From a virus (taxonomy: Duplodnaviria > Caudoviricetes): 37,812 nucleotides of DNA. The stretch spans positions 1 to 37,812 of the IMG/VR virus record IMGVR_UViG_3300010413_000088. The stretch is one strand, 5' to 3'. The notes beneath the pieces were generated by a model. It was not told where the DNA came from. It was given only the letters and a program-made list of their open reading frames with translations, and did not search any database. The translations under genes were made by a program, and so were the position numbers. This document shows, one piece after another, positions 8,722 through 17,411 of this stretch (positions are counted from its first letter, which is position 1; the number at the start of each line of letters is the position of its first letter).

Positions 8722-11049
8722 ATGCGCGGACATATTAAGCTAAACGGCAGGCCCTATGTCCTGGCCACGAGTGCCCACGGGGCACCGTACGCGGCCAGTG
8801 CCCACGTGTTGACGGGGCCCTGGGCGAATCAGATCGCGCAGGGTCCCCGAGAGTATCACGATCTGAGCGCGGCCAGCGTGGCGGTATGGTCCGATCTCAG
8901 GGGTGGCGCTGGCCAGGAGATCCACGGCCGGGATCAGACCAAGTACGCGAGAGGTACGGCCGATACCCGATCGGGTGATATTATCCTAGCGCCCAAGGTG
9001 CACGGATCCGCGGCCTACAATTTAGACTACTTGCCGATTGACGGCCGGGTGGCCACTGGCCGGGAGATCGGCAAGGCGGCTTTTTACCAGGACGTGGATA
9101 CCAACCTATCAGTTGAGGGTACACAGTACATTGACACAGTAGGGATCGTGGCCAAGCGGATCGCGTCGGTGGACTACACCGGCATGAGCGGCCCGGTCAC
9201 CGTGTCAATGTGGTATGGAGCGACAACCTATTTTACAGCGACCTTTGACATTCTGGACACGCTGAGCCCGGCCGGCTTTTCGTGGATCGCGGCTACCCGG
9301 GGTAGCCCGCAAATTGTACCAGATGGGGATATCGTGTTGACGATTGACAACAGCGAGGGAGAAAGTATCCTCGTCGGTGGGACCGCGACGCTTACGACGT
9401 TCACCCCCTTTTATAAGACAAAGGCATACCAGGCTGTAGATGGGCCGGTCAAATGTTTTAGGGAGTTCACCGGGCAGGACGGCCAGCGGCTACTATACGC
9501 CGGCGTGACCCACAAGGTGATCGCCTATGACAAGGGGGGAAGCTGGACGACCAGCAAGGATAACTTTGCTGGAACCATCCTTGACTTGGAGGTGTACGAA
9601 AAGGACGGTACAGGGCGGGTTCTGGTTGTGGCCCAGGGCGCCAGTATCCCCCTGTTTACTCACACTGGCGGGAGCATCGCGGGCGCCTGGGCAACGGGCA
9701 GCGTGGGCGGCCAGTGCCTAGCTGTGCATGATGACCTGTTGTGGCGGGCGGAAGGGGCAGAGGTCAGCGCTACAGATGACCTGTTAGAGTGGGGATGGCC
9801 GGCCAGCGTAGGCCGGGACGGTGACCCGGTGATCGGGATGCAAAGCCAGGCAGGGAAATTGTTTGTACTCACACGGCGGGGCTTGTTTGAGGTGTCCTAC
9901 CCTGATGAATACCCCTACCCTGGCCAGGACGCCTACCAGCCGATCTTTACACAGGTTGTAAACTTGGAGCATGACCAGGTACCCCACGACTTTAATAGCA
10001 TGGTCCCCTTTGGTCAGGGGCTGGTCTGGCCCTCGTGGTATGGTCTTGTACACTATGAAAGCGGGCTCATAACTAATATCGGGCTGGGTACTGGGCAGCC
10101 CCTGGGTGATGATGAACGCCTACAGGTGTACGGTGCGATCAACACCAGCCGCGGGATCTACGCGGCCATGAGTGAGATCGGGCTGAGTTACAACCGGATC
10201 GATATGTACCAAGTGCTCGAGGATGCAGCAGGCTGGCATCCTTTATTCAGGAACCCGATCCGTGGGGAGGAATCGCAGGCCTTACACCTGGCGCCGACAG
10301 AGTACGAGGACGGCAGCGCGCGGCTATTCTTTGGAGCTGGCTATAATATCGAGTACCTGAGGATCCCGCTATGGACACAGGCGCGGAATGTGTGGAGCGG
10401 CGCCGACTACCTCCCCACCTCCCAGGTAGAGTATAGCGCCTGGGATGATGGACGGGTAGCGATGACCAAAGACCTGTTAAAGGTCCGGGTCAGAGCTGAT
10501 AACGTGGTAGCTGGTGAGCGGGTGATCGATCTAGCGTGGTCTGATACGCCGCCTTTAAGAGCGGCGACCTGGGCCACGCTGGGCAGGGTGGCCACTAGTG
10601 GGATAACGGATCTAGGTTTTCCAACGGGAAGCATCGCGGAGAGGGTCCGCTTACGCGCGACGCTAAGCAGCGACGACGAGGGCGAAACCCCGATCTTGGA
10701 TGCGCTTGAATTATGGTACCAGGATATAGTCCCTGGGGTGCGCCAGTTCAAGTATCAGGTGGTGATCGGAGAGTACGCACGTTTGGGCGATGGGAGCGTA
10801 GATCCCAGGGGTGCCCGGGGCCAGTGGCTGGATCTGCTAGAGCTCGAGGCAGCCGAGGCGATCACGCTAGTTGACGAGCTAGGCGACTCGTACCCGGTAC
10901 GAGTCAACCGACTGGCCAGGACGCCGCGGGCCCTGGGTGGCCGCTCAGAGCTGGGCCGGCAGGAACCCCAATATTTGGTAGATGTAGAGATGACGGTTAT
11001 TGACTACCAGGGCGACGAGCCCGAGCGCCAAGCGCCCCATACGGCTTAG
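8722..11049 (+). CDS. Putative tail nozzle/hub protein (beta-propeller; T7 gp12/P22 gp10-like role), ~775 aa
   Basis: Start at ATG 8722 (or GTG 8719) after GGGGGAG. Repeated propeller-like blades (CLAVHDDLLWRA; VIGMQSQAGKLFVLTRRGLFEV; SMVPFGQGLVW). Size and position after the adaptors fit. Confidence 0.6.
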   Translation: MRGHIKLNGRPYVLATSAHGAPYAASAHVLTGPWANQIAQGPREYHDLSAASVAVWSDLRGGAGQEIHGRDQTKYARGTADTRSGDIILAPKVHGSAAYNLDYLPIDGRVATGREIGKAAFYQDVDTNLSVEGTQYIDTVGIVAKRIASVDYTGMSGPVTVSMWYGATTYFTATFDILDTLSPAGFSWIAATRGSPQIVPDGDIVLTIDNSEGESILVGGTATLTTFTPFYKTKAYQAVDGPVKCFREFTGQDGQRLLYAGVTHKVIAYDKGGSWTTSKDNFAGTILDLEVYEKDGTGRVLVVAQGASIPLFTHTGGSIAGAWATGSVGGQCLAVHDDLLWRAEGAEVSATDDLLEWGWPASVGRDGDPVIGMQSQAGKLFVLTRRGLFEVSYPDEYPYPGQDAYQPIFTQVVNLEHDQVPHDFNSMVPFGQGLVWPSWYGLVHYESGLITNIGLGTGQPLGDDERLQVYGAINTSRGIYAAMSEIGLSYNRIDMYQVLEDAAGWHPLFRNPIRGEESQALHLAPTEYEDGSARLFFGAGYNIEYLRIPLWTQARNVWSGADYLPTSQVEYSAWDDGRVAMTKDLLKVRVRADNVVAGERVIDLAWSDTPPLRAATWATLGRVATSGITDLGFPTGSIAERVRLRATLSSDDEGETPILDALELWYQDIVPGVRQFKYQVVIGEYARLGDGSVDPRGARGQWLDLLELEAAEAITLVDELGDSYPVRVNRLARTPRALGGRSELGRQEPQYLVDVEMTVIDYQGDEPERQAPHTA

Positions 11050-11051
11050 AG

Positions 11052-11549
11052 ATGACACGGAGAAAATGGCAAAAGGGGCCGATGGGCCTCACGGAAAAGC
11101 TAGAGCAGGGAGAACAACCACGCCGGCCACGTAAGACGGACCCCCCCAGGTGGCGCCGAGGTCCAGGGCGCCGGCCGTCGGTGACAGCAGTAGCGGAGCG
11201 GTACGCGGCGCCGACCTTTGGATCCCTCCCTGAGCGAGTGTTAGAAAGTTGGCTAATCAGCCAGGGGCTGGACTATGAACGCGAGCAGTGGACACTTGGA
11301 GGGGCAACCATAGGCGGGGCGCGCCTTGACTTTGTAGTGTTCAACCTCGTACCGGGCCGGCGGGTGGTAATCCGGGTAATGGGTGTATGGGTGCACAGCA
11401 CGCGCCAGCTTATGGACGCCCACCAACTGGCGGCACTGTTGGGCCAGGGCTGGGAGGTTGTGGACGTGTTCGATTCAGCCCTATATGATGCGCTAAACCA
11501 AGGGAATCTATCGGCCTATATGTACCGGGAGATCCAGAGACAGACGTAA
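11052..11549 (+). CDS. DUF559/Vsr-like restriction-endonuclease-fold protein, possibly catalytically degenerate
   Basis: SLPERVLESWL..GLDYEREQ...RLDFVV...VVIRVMGVWVH...L..QGWEVVDVF matches the Vsr/DUF559 pattern, but the usual ExDG is RVMG. Confidence 0.65.
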   Translation: MTRRKWQKGPMGLTEKLEQGEQPRRPRKTDPPRWRRGPGRRPSVTAVAERYAAPTFGSLPERVLESWLISQGLDYEREQWTLGGATIGGARLDFVVFNLVPGRRVVIRVMGVWVHSTRQLMDAHQLAALLGQGWEVVDVFDSALYDALNQGNLSAYMYREIQRQT

Positions 11550-11565
11550 GGAAGGCAGGGAAAAA

Positions 11566-11985
11566 ATGGAAAATTTAGAACTTTTCCCCCCAGTGGACGG
11601 GCACGAGATCAGCAGGACGTTTGACCAGCACCTAAGGCCGCGCGGCGACTATGTCAGCCGGGTACCTGGGATTGACTTTGACTGTCCGGAGGGGACCGCG
11701 GTCAGGGCAGCCGCCGGCGGCGTGGTGACTTCTAGCCGGTACGGGGACAGCGGCGGCCGCTATTTGATCATACGCCATGGGGACGGGATCCAAACGCTGT
11801 ATAGTCACCTTGACACGATCTATGTGCTGCAGGGTGAACCTGTGGAGGCGGGTCAGGTGATCGCCCTGTCCGGGTCTACGGGCTATTGTGACACGCCCCA
11901 TCTGCACTTTGCTGTGAAGCTGGCCGGATCGGGCTGGGTTAACCCGATACACCAATTTGCACCAGCCGGATCCAAATTTGCATAG
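11566..11985 (+). CDS. M23-family metallopeptidase (candidate endolysin)
   Basis: GIDF.CPEGTAVRAAAGGVV...GGRYLIIRHGDGIQTLYSHL..IYV..G..V.AGQVIALSGSTG...PHLHF...VNP. Confidence 0.9.
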   Translation: MENLELFPPVDGHEISRTFDQHLRPRGDYVSRVPGIDFDCPEGTAVRAAAGGVVTSSRYGDSGGRYLIIRHGDGIQTLYSHLDTIYVLQGEPVEAGQVIALSGSTGYCDTPHLHFAVKLAGSGWVNPIHQFAPAGSKFA

Positions 11986-12006
11986 TTGGCAGAGCTGGGG
12001 TATAAT
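11978..12006 (+). promoter_or_regulatory. sigma70/SigA-type promoter for the early block
   Basis: TTGCAT (11978-83), 17-bp spacer, TATAAT (12001-06), followed by a hairpin at 12010-12039 and an RBS. Confidence 0.8.
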
Positions 12007-12049
12007 GGTCCTGGTGGTGGGCAGGAGCCAGCCACCAGGGAGGGAAACC

Positions 12050-12256
12050 ATGGGCAAGACTGTAACCTATTCTAGTATCTACACACCCGACAGCGTACGC
12101 TTTACGATCCGACTCCCCCGCCACCTACACGACCAGCTAAGCGCGGAGGCGGCCCGACAGGGGCGCACTCTAAGCGCGCACATCACCTATCTACTGAACC
12201 AGATCACCGACGCCGCTAACGACCAGACCCCAGTCCCCCAATACGACACCACTTGA
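12050..12256 (+). CDS. Arc/ribbon-helix-helix DNA-binding protein, 68 aa
   Basis: ATG 12050 after GGAGGG. VRFTIRLPRHLHDQLSAEAARQGRTLSAHITYLL is a typical Arc-like RHH pattern. Confidence 0.85.
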   Translation: MGKTVTYSSIYTPDSVRFTIRLPRHLHDQLSAEAARQGRTLSAHITYLLNQITDAANDQTPVPQYDTT

Positions 12257-12261
12257 GGCCT

Positions 12262-12285
12262 GGCCACCGGCCGCGGCCGGTGGCC
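12262..12285. repeat. Perfect 24-bp palindrome GGCCACCGGCCGCGGCCGGTGGCC
   Basis: Self-reverse-complementary and intergenic, directly after the RHH gene. Confidence 0.9.
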
Positions 12286-12320
12286 CTCCCTCCCTTCTAT
12301 CCTACTAGGAAGGGGGGTCT

Positions 12321-12395
12321 ATGTACCAAACCGATCGAGTGACGGCCGCCTATTATGCACCCGCCAGGGAGCGGGAAGGAGGCAAACATGATTGA
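12321..12395 (+). CDS. Possible 24-aa peptide MYQTDRVTAAYYAPAREREGGKHD
   Basis: Purine-rich RBS AGGAAGGGGGG before ATG 12321; the ORF end overlaps the ATG of the next gene. Too short for the ORF track. Confidence 0.4.
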   Translation: MYQTDRVTAAYYAPAREREGGKHD

Positions 12396-12654
12396 GGTTC
12401 GGACAGACTATAATCAGAAGCGTAGTAACCAGCTTAGCCAGCTCCGCCGCTTGTTTGCGTGTGGCTGTGACCCCGTCAGTGGGGCCCTGTGTCCTCGTCA
12501 TATTTTTGAGCACCGGCTGGAAAGTCTGAGCGGGGCGTATCACAAGGGCCATATCACTAAGGACGAACACGACCGGGAGATCAGACGGGCAGCCGCTGAA
12601 TACGCCAGCGTGTTAATTGCGCGGGTGCAGGAGGCCGGCGATGGGTGTCACTAA
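12388..12654 (+). CDS. Hypothetical protein with a Cys/His cluster (CGCD...CPRH)
   Basis: ATG 12388 after AAGGAGG. Confidence 0.65.
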   Translation: MIEVRTDYNQKRSNQLSQLRRLFACGCDPVSGALCPRHIFEHRLESLSGAYHKGHITKDEHDREIRRAAAEYASVLIARVQEAGDGCH

Positions 12655-12838
12655 ACCCGTAGAGGTGAAGGACCAACACGGCAACGCGTACGAGCTGCGG
12701 CGGGTACGAATTGAGGACCTCCCCGATTATCTAGATCGTGAGGGGTTAATAGCCGGTGGCTGGCTTTGGTTCGGTGGGGAAGGTGGGGATCGGGTCCTAC
12801 TCGTCAGACCCGATCCCGCCACCCACGCGGAGGTGTAG
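12641..12838 (+). CDS. Hypothetical protein, 65 aa
   Basis: ATG 12641 after GGAGG; overlaps the previous stop. Confidence 0.6.
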   Translation: MGVTKPVEVKDQHGNAYELRRVRIEDLPDYLDREGLIAGGWLWFGGEGGDRVLLVRPDPATHAEV

Positions 12839-12842
12839 TGTC

Positions 12843-13148
12843 ATGCTGGCAATAGTGAGCGGGATCCTGGCGTCTTTATCGGTGGTCGGTGGGGTGTACG
12901 TGGGGTACTGGTACGGCCGCCGGCAATATCGTCAGGCAGGGGTCAGCTTACAGGGGCGCCAGTTGTGGCGCGACTATGAGACGGAGCGGATCCGCCGTGA
13001 GTCACTCGAGGCCCTGCTAAATGTGTTGGGTTATCGGGTGCAGTACAAGGGCATGAACAGAGACACCAACCGCGCGCGCTACCGGGTAGCAGAGGCGCCC
13101 CACAAGATGATTAGAACGCGGGGCGGGGTGGAATGGAGCGTAAACTGA
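12843..13148 (+). CDS. Hypothetical protein with an N-terminal membrane anchor
   Basis: ATG 12843 after GGAGGT; MLAIVSGILASLSVVGGVYVGYWYGRR. Confidence 0.65.
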   Translation: MLAIVSGILASLSVVGGVYVGYWYGRRQYRQAGVSLQGRQLWRDYETERIRRESLEALLNVLGYRVQYKGMNRDTNRARYRVAEAPHKMIRTRGGVEWSVN

Positions 13149-13609
13149 TGGCGGCCCATAACGAACGGGGCAGGAATGGCGAGCGGGCAGTAGCGGAACT
13201 ACTGAGGGCGATGGGTTACACCGTCATGGAAAAGGGAGGTAGGGATCACGACGATCTGATTATAGACGGGCCAACCCGGGTTGACGTGAAAACCGCGGGC
13301 CCTACAAAGGAGCGCCGGCGGTGGCGCTTTGACTGGTGTCTAGATCGGAAAGGGACTTTACCCATGGATCAGGATATTGTGATCTTACGCGCGGAACCGG
13401 ACAGCGGAGAGCCCTACCACTATGTAATACCCGGCGCACTACTACGAGGACAAAGAACAATTCAGGCGCCGATCAATCCCGACCAGTACCAGAACAACCC
13501 GCTGAGGTACTTTCGGGAGGCCTGGGCCCTACTCGAGGCGGCCGTAGCCTTACAGAAGGAACGAGCGCGCCAGGGTACCAACCAGTATAGACTCGTGGGG
13601 GTGGACTAA
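13148..13609 (+). CDS. PD-(D/E)XK nuclease (Holliday-junction-resolvase/restriction-endonuclease-like fold)
   Basis: GRNGERAVAELLRAMGYTV...HDDLIID...RVDVKT; TGATG coupling to the previous gene. Confidence 0.7.
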   Translation: MAAHNERGRNGERAVAELLRAMGYTVMEKGGRDHDDLIIDGPTRVDVKTAGPTKERRRWRFDWCLDRKGTLPMDQDIVILRAEPDSGEPYHYVIPGALLRGQRTIQAPINPDQYQNNPLRYFREAWALLEAAVALQKERARQGTNQYRLVGVD

Positions 13610-14574
13610 TGGAGCTCAAAAAAGGATGGGAGCAAACGCTGAGCGCCCTCAAGTGGCAGATGGGGAAACAGACCTTTGACCAGTGGCTAAGCACGGCGCG
13701 GCCGCTACACCTCGAGGATGGCACGTTGACGATCGGGGTACGGTCCCCCGAGGCGGCCGCCTGGCTGGGCGCACGGCTGGCGCCAGTCGTGACCCGGGCA
13801 GCCGTGAGGCAGATCCCCGGTGTCCTGTCAGTAGCTTTTGTCGACGCACGCACTTTTCGCGTAGCCATGGGAGAGGGCGCCCAGCGCCCGGATCCGCCGG
13901 AAAAAAGTAAGTATCCGAATGTGACCGATTGTGCCCACCGGGCAGAGGGTGAGGATCTCGAGGTGTTCACCTATGCCGATCCCGCCCTGTTACAGTTTGA
14001 CGTGGAGACGGCCGGCTGGTCTAAGCTGGCCAACTATGCAACGACCTTTTGGTCTGAACTACTGGGGCCCGCCGCTTTCCTCGTGTGGGTGGCAGTAAAG
14101 GCGGAGGATATCCGCCGCAACAAAACCGCGCGAACCCCAGGCCTTAGATACAGCGTGGCGCGCCTGGCCAGGATCGCGGCCGGCGGGAATAGCCAGGCGA
14201 TAACGGGGGTCTGGCGGACCTGCCGATCCCAAAGTATGGTAGAAGGTGATCAGCCGTGCGAGCACTGCCAGGAGAGGGGCGGGGAGAGGACCGCGGCCCA
14301 TGTTTGCAGGTACTGGCGGCCTGGCGCCTTTGATGTGCTGCAGATGGAAGGGGCGGCGCAGATCCAGCGTATGGGCGCCGGCCTCAAGACCTCGTACCGG
14401 ATCACGGTCTGGAATATCCTCCCCCTATTGACGCCGGCGCAGGCGGCCCGGTTAAATCCAGTAACCCAGGAGCAACACGATCGGTGGATCCGCCGCCAGG
14501 GACTGGACCCGGAACAGTGGGAACGCTTGACGGTGGCCAGCCTGGCGCTACCCATGTATGAGGCGACGCCATGA
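13609..14574 (+). CDS. Putative replication initiator with N-terminal DnaA domain I and a Cys-containing DNA-binding region
   Basis: WEQTLSALKWQMGKQTFDQWLSTARPLHLEDGTLTIGVRSPEAAAWLGARL is DnaA_N-like. It is followed by FWSELLGPAAFLVW..YSVARLARIA and C..CEHC..C. Iteron-like repeats lie immediately downstream. Confidence 0.7.
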   Translation: MELKKGWEQTLSALKWQMGKQTFDQWLSTARPLHLEDGTLTIGVRSPEAAAWLGARLAPVVTRAAVRQIPGVLSVAFVDARTFRVAMGEGAQRPDPPEKSKYPNVTDCAHRAEGEDLEVFTYADPALLQFDVETAGWSKLANYATTFWSELLGPAAFLVWVAVKAEDIRRNKTARTPGLRYSVARLARIAAGGNSQAITGVWRTCRSQSMVEGDQPCEHCQERGGERTAAHVCRYWRPGAFDVLQMEGAAQIQRMGAGLKTSYRITVWNILPLLTPAQAARLNPVTQEQHDRWIRRQGLDPEQWERLTVASLALPMYEATP

Positions 14575-14591
14575 GCTTACCAATAATCATT

Positions 14592-14783
14592 AGTGCACGG
14601 GCACGGGTCGCCAGTGCACGGGCACTAGCGGGCGCTTTTTTTTCGGTCAGTGCTGTAGTGCGCGGGATGACCCGCCGCACGAGTAGCAAAGGCGCCGGCC
14701 AGTACGGCCAACGGGTAGACAGTGCACCGGCACGGGTAGACAGTGCACCGGCACCGAGCCCAGGCGCAGAAGAAAAAGAAAAA
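14592..14783. repeat. Iteron-like repeat cluster / candidate replication origin
   Basis: AGTGCACSGGCAC at 14592, 14613, 14721 and 14742 (two pairs with 21-bp period), T8 at 14636-43, an imperfect inverted repeat at 14658-80, and an A-rich tract at ~14769-83. Confidence 0.7.
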
Positions 14784-14828
14784 GATCCTAAGGTCAAAAG
14801 GGTATGATTAAAGAAAGGAGCTCCGCCC

Positions 14829-16754
14829 ATGAGAGCCAATGTTAAGCTTGACCTAATCGGACCCAACCCCTACCAGGGACGGGACAGCATTGACAGCGAG
14901 TATATCCAGGATCTAGCCGATGATATCCAGCGCCACCGCACAAGCCACCCCGAGACGTTGGGGCTTTTGCAGATCCCCGGTGGGCGGGTCGTGGACGTGG
15001 ACGGGGATCCGGTGGCCATCCCCAGGAGCGCATGGAACGAGACGCTAACCGCTTTGGCGGAGGGGTGGCTAAGGGTGCAGCTTGCTTATGGACATAGCCG
15101 CCTGGCAGCCTTTGAGGTACTGCATAAGCGCGAGCCTGAGCTATGGCCCCACCTCCCTGTAGAACTGGGCGAGTATGACGATCAGGCGATGGCTACCACC
15201 GCATGGAGCGAGAATAGCCAGCGCAAGGATCTAACCGTGTATGAGCGCGGTCGTATGCTGCAGCGTCTTATGGAACAGTTCAAGTGGACACAAACAGAGA
15301 TAGCCGGCCGTCTAGGCATGAGCCAGCCCCAGGTATCCAATGCGTTGCGGATCTTACGCTTGCCGGAGGATATGGCCGAGGCCATCCAGGAAAGGGAGAT
15401 CAGCGAGCGGCAGGCCGTAGCGCTATTGCCTCTTGTCGAAATGCCGGCCGAGGTTGTAGACAACTTGCAGACGTGGACACGCCGCGACTACGAGAAAGCG
15501 CGGAACAACTACAAGGATATGAGCAGCGATCAGATCCGGGAGACGGTCCAGAACCTCACACGTAACGGGACCGAGAATTTAGAAAAGGCGTGTTTTCCGC
15601 TGGCCTGGCAGCACGTGGGAGAAAAGACCAGGGCCCTACAGTGCGAAGGGTGCGAACGCAACCAGCGCGATCGATGTTACGATCCGACCTGCTATAGGGT
15701 CCGCTCCTATGCCTACAAAGTGGAGTGTTTGAGTAGTGCAAGCGTAGCGCTGGGCTATCCGTGGTTGGATCCCGAGGACAGCGACCGGCGCAATATGGAT
15801 TATTTTTGGAGTGGGGCCAAAGGCCAGGCAACGTTAAAGCAGGCGCTAGAGAATAAATGCGAGAACTTGCGGATAGCGTGGCGCTGGGGCTGGCAGTTTG
15901 ACAGGCCCTCAGGGACTGAGCCGGCCCACGAGGATCATCCTACAGTACAGTTTGTGTGCTCCCATGAGGGGCGCGGTTGTAGATGCGCTGGCCACGGGCT
16001 GAGCAAGGCCGAGGCGACCGAGGTACTACGCCAAAAGGCAGAGGCCACGCAAACGCTAAAACTACTCCGCCAGAAAGCACGGGAGCAACTAGGCGAGGCG
16101 CTAGGGAATAACGAGCCGTGGGCGTGGCGTATGGTGGCACGCTGGGCCGTGCCCCACTATCAGCGCGAAGGCATCGAGACCTGGCCGATCGAGCGCTGTA
16201 TAGCCCGGGTCGTGACCCAGGTCGTGGCAAACTTCCAATACTGGCAGCCGGAGAGAGTAGAGGAAAACCGCCAAGAGTGGGAAAGAATGGTAAACGAATA
16301 CGGCGCGGCGCCTGGTGATGCAACAGTATCGGCAGAGGTGGAGGCCTCAGAGAAACTAAACCGGATCCGGATCTGGATACGGCGCAGCTCCAAGGACCTA
16401 CCTAACAGTGAAGCGCTGCAGGGAAACATAGACAACCTGGCCAAGATCGAAATCCCGTATACACCGGAGGACGGGGACGCGACCGGTAAGATCCTCATAG
16501 GGATTATCAAAGCGGAGAGCGAACGGTTACAGGAGCTGGCGGCCATCCGGGAGAGGTGGGACGGCGAAGGTTTTGACAATGTAAGCTGGCTAGTGAACAC
16601 GCCGCCGGAGGATATCAACTTTAAGAGTAACCTTGCCCGGGCGCCCAGCGAGGCGATCGAGTGGGCCCTAGCCCTGGTCAAAGGGGTGGAGGGCAACAAG
16701 ACACGGCGCGCGCGGTTGCGGGCAGCACTGCGTAAGCGGGGAAAGGAGGCCTAA
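14829..16754 (+). CDS. ParB/Spo0J-family protein with HTH and a long Cys-containing C-terminal extension
   Basis: IGPNPYQGR..LADDI..GLLQ..LAYGHSRLAAF..ENSQRKDLT..ER..WTQTEIAGRLGMSQPQVSNALRILRLP; CEGC...CYDPTCY; strong RBS AAAGGAG. Confidence 0.85.
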   Translation: MRANVKLDLIGPNPYQGRDSIDSEYIQDLADDIQRHRTSHPETLGLLQIPGGRVVDVDGDPVAIPRSAWNETLTALAEGWLRVQLAYGHSRLAAFEVLHKREPELWPHLPVELGEYDDQAMATTAWSENSQRKDLTVYERGRMLQRLMEQFKWTQTEIAGRLGMSQPQVSNALRILRLPEDMAEAIQEREISERQAVALLPLVEMPAEVVDNLQTWTRRDYEKARNNYKDMSSDQIRETVQNLTRNGTENLEKACFPLAWQHVGEKTRALQCEGCERNQRDRCYDPTCYRVRSYAYKVECLSSASVALGYPWLDPEDSDRRNMDYFWSGAKGQATLKQALENKCENLRIAWRWGWQFDRPSGTEPAHEDHPTVQFVCSHEGRGCRCAGHGLSKAEATEVLRQKAEATQTLKLLRQKAREQLGEALGNNEPWAWRMVARWAVPHYQREGIETWPIERCIARVVTQVVANFQYWQPERVEENRQEWERMVNEYGAAPGDATVSAEVEASEKLNRIRIWIRRSSKDLPNSEALQGNIDNLAKIEIPYTPEDGDATGKILIGIIKAESERLQELAAIRERWDGEGFDNVSWLVNTPPEDINFKSNLARAPSEAIEWALALVKGVEGNKTRRARLRAALRKRGKEA

Positions 16755-16755
16755 C

Positions 16756-17001
16756 GTGTCACGGCGACAAAAGCGGGTGGTCATGGTAGCGGTGGTGTTG
16801 TGGGTCTTGTTTGTAATGCTGTGCTGTGGTGGGGACTACTGGACTGAACCGGTAAACCCCCGGCCAGCGTTCAGCAACGATCCGGGTGTGGCCACGCAGG
16901 CGATCCACGCAGCGACGGCCGCCAGACTAGGCGGGGATGATTTGAGGGTGGGCCCGGGTACCCCGGTCCCCACGTGGCCGGCGGGAACGCCTGGCCCATA
17001 G
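16756..17001 (+). CDS. Small membrane-anchored/secreted protein
   Basis: GTG after AAAGGAGG; basic N-terminus, then a hydrophobic stretch and CC. Confidence 0.6.
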   Translation: MSRRQKRVVMVAVVLWVLFVMLCCGGDYWTEPVNPRPAFSNDPGVATQAIHAATAARLGGDDLRVGPGTPVPTWPAGTPGP

Positions 17002-17011
17002 GAGGTGCCGC

Positions 17012-17137
17012 GTGATTAGGTGGTTGGTATGGCGGTGGTTCTGGCGACTTGTAGCGGCCGTCGTGCTAATGGCGATCTTGTACGTGAGCAGTGAGATTGT
17101 CGCCATGTTAGAGCAGTGCGCCCAGTGTGCACCATGA
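17012..17137 (+). CDS. 41-aa membrane peptide MIRWLVWRWFWRLVAAVVLMAILYVSSEIVAMLEQCAQCAP
   Basis: GTG 17012 after AGGAGGT; fills the gap before the late promoter. Below the ORF track's length cut-off. Confidence 0.55.
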   Translation: MIRWLVWRWFWRLVAAVVLMAILYVSSEIVAMLEQCAQCAP

Positions 17138-17148
17138 GGCGCGCCGGC

Positions 17149-17177
17149 TTGCACCGGAAAGCAAACCGGTGTATAAT
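17149..17177 (+). promoter_or_regulatory. sigma70/SigA-type promoter heading the late block, with an inverted repeat across the -35 and spacer
   Basis: TTGCAC (17149-54), 17 bp, TATAAT (17172-77); CACCGG-N8-CCGGTG at 17152-17171. Confidence 0.8.
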
Positions 17178-17194
17178 GGTCGTGAGGTAAGGCG

Positions 17195-17392
17195 ATGGAC
17201 CCACCGAGCAGGGCCCCCACCACCTACCTCATTGACGGTCAGGAGGTCAAAGGCCGGGCGGCAGCACTCATAACGTGGATCGCCCGAAACAAGGAGCGGA
17301 TCAATCGGCCGGGTAAGGGCCGGCTAACTTTCAATTATGCCGGCCAGCAGATCAGCGGTGAGTTGACCGAAAAGATCGAAAAGGTCAGCTAA
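17195..17392 (+). CDS. 65-aa leader protein of the late block
   Basis: ATG after GAGGT; sits between the promoter and an intrinsic terminator. Confidence 0.7.
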   Translation: MDPPSRAPTTYLIDGQEVKGRAAALITWIARNKERINRPGKGRLTFNYAGQQISGELTEKIEKVS

Positions 17393-17411
17393 TAGCCCGT
17401 CAGCGTAAGAA

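Noticed and set aside
14592-14754. Possible mini-CRISPR array
   Set aside because: Repeats are 13 bp with ~8-bp gaps; there are no spacer-length unique sequences and no cas genes.
14571-14807. 78-aa ORF with an RVDSAPA repeat
   Set aside because: The peptide repeat simply reflects the 21-bp DNA repeats. The region is better explained as an origin, although translation cannot be excluded.
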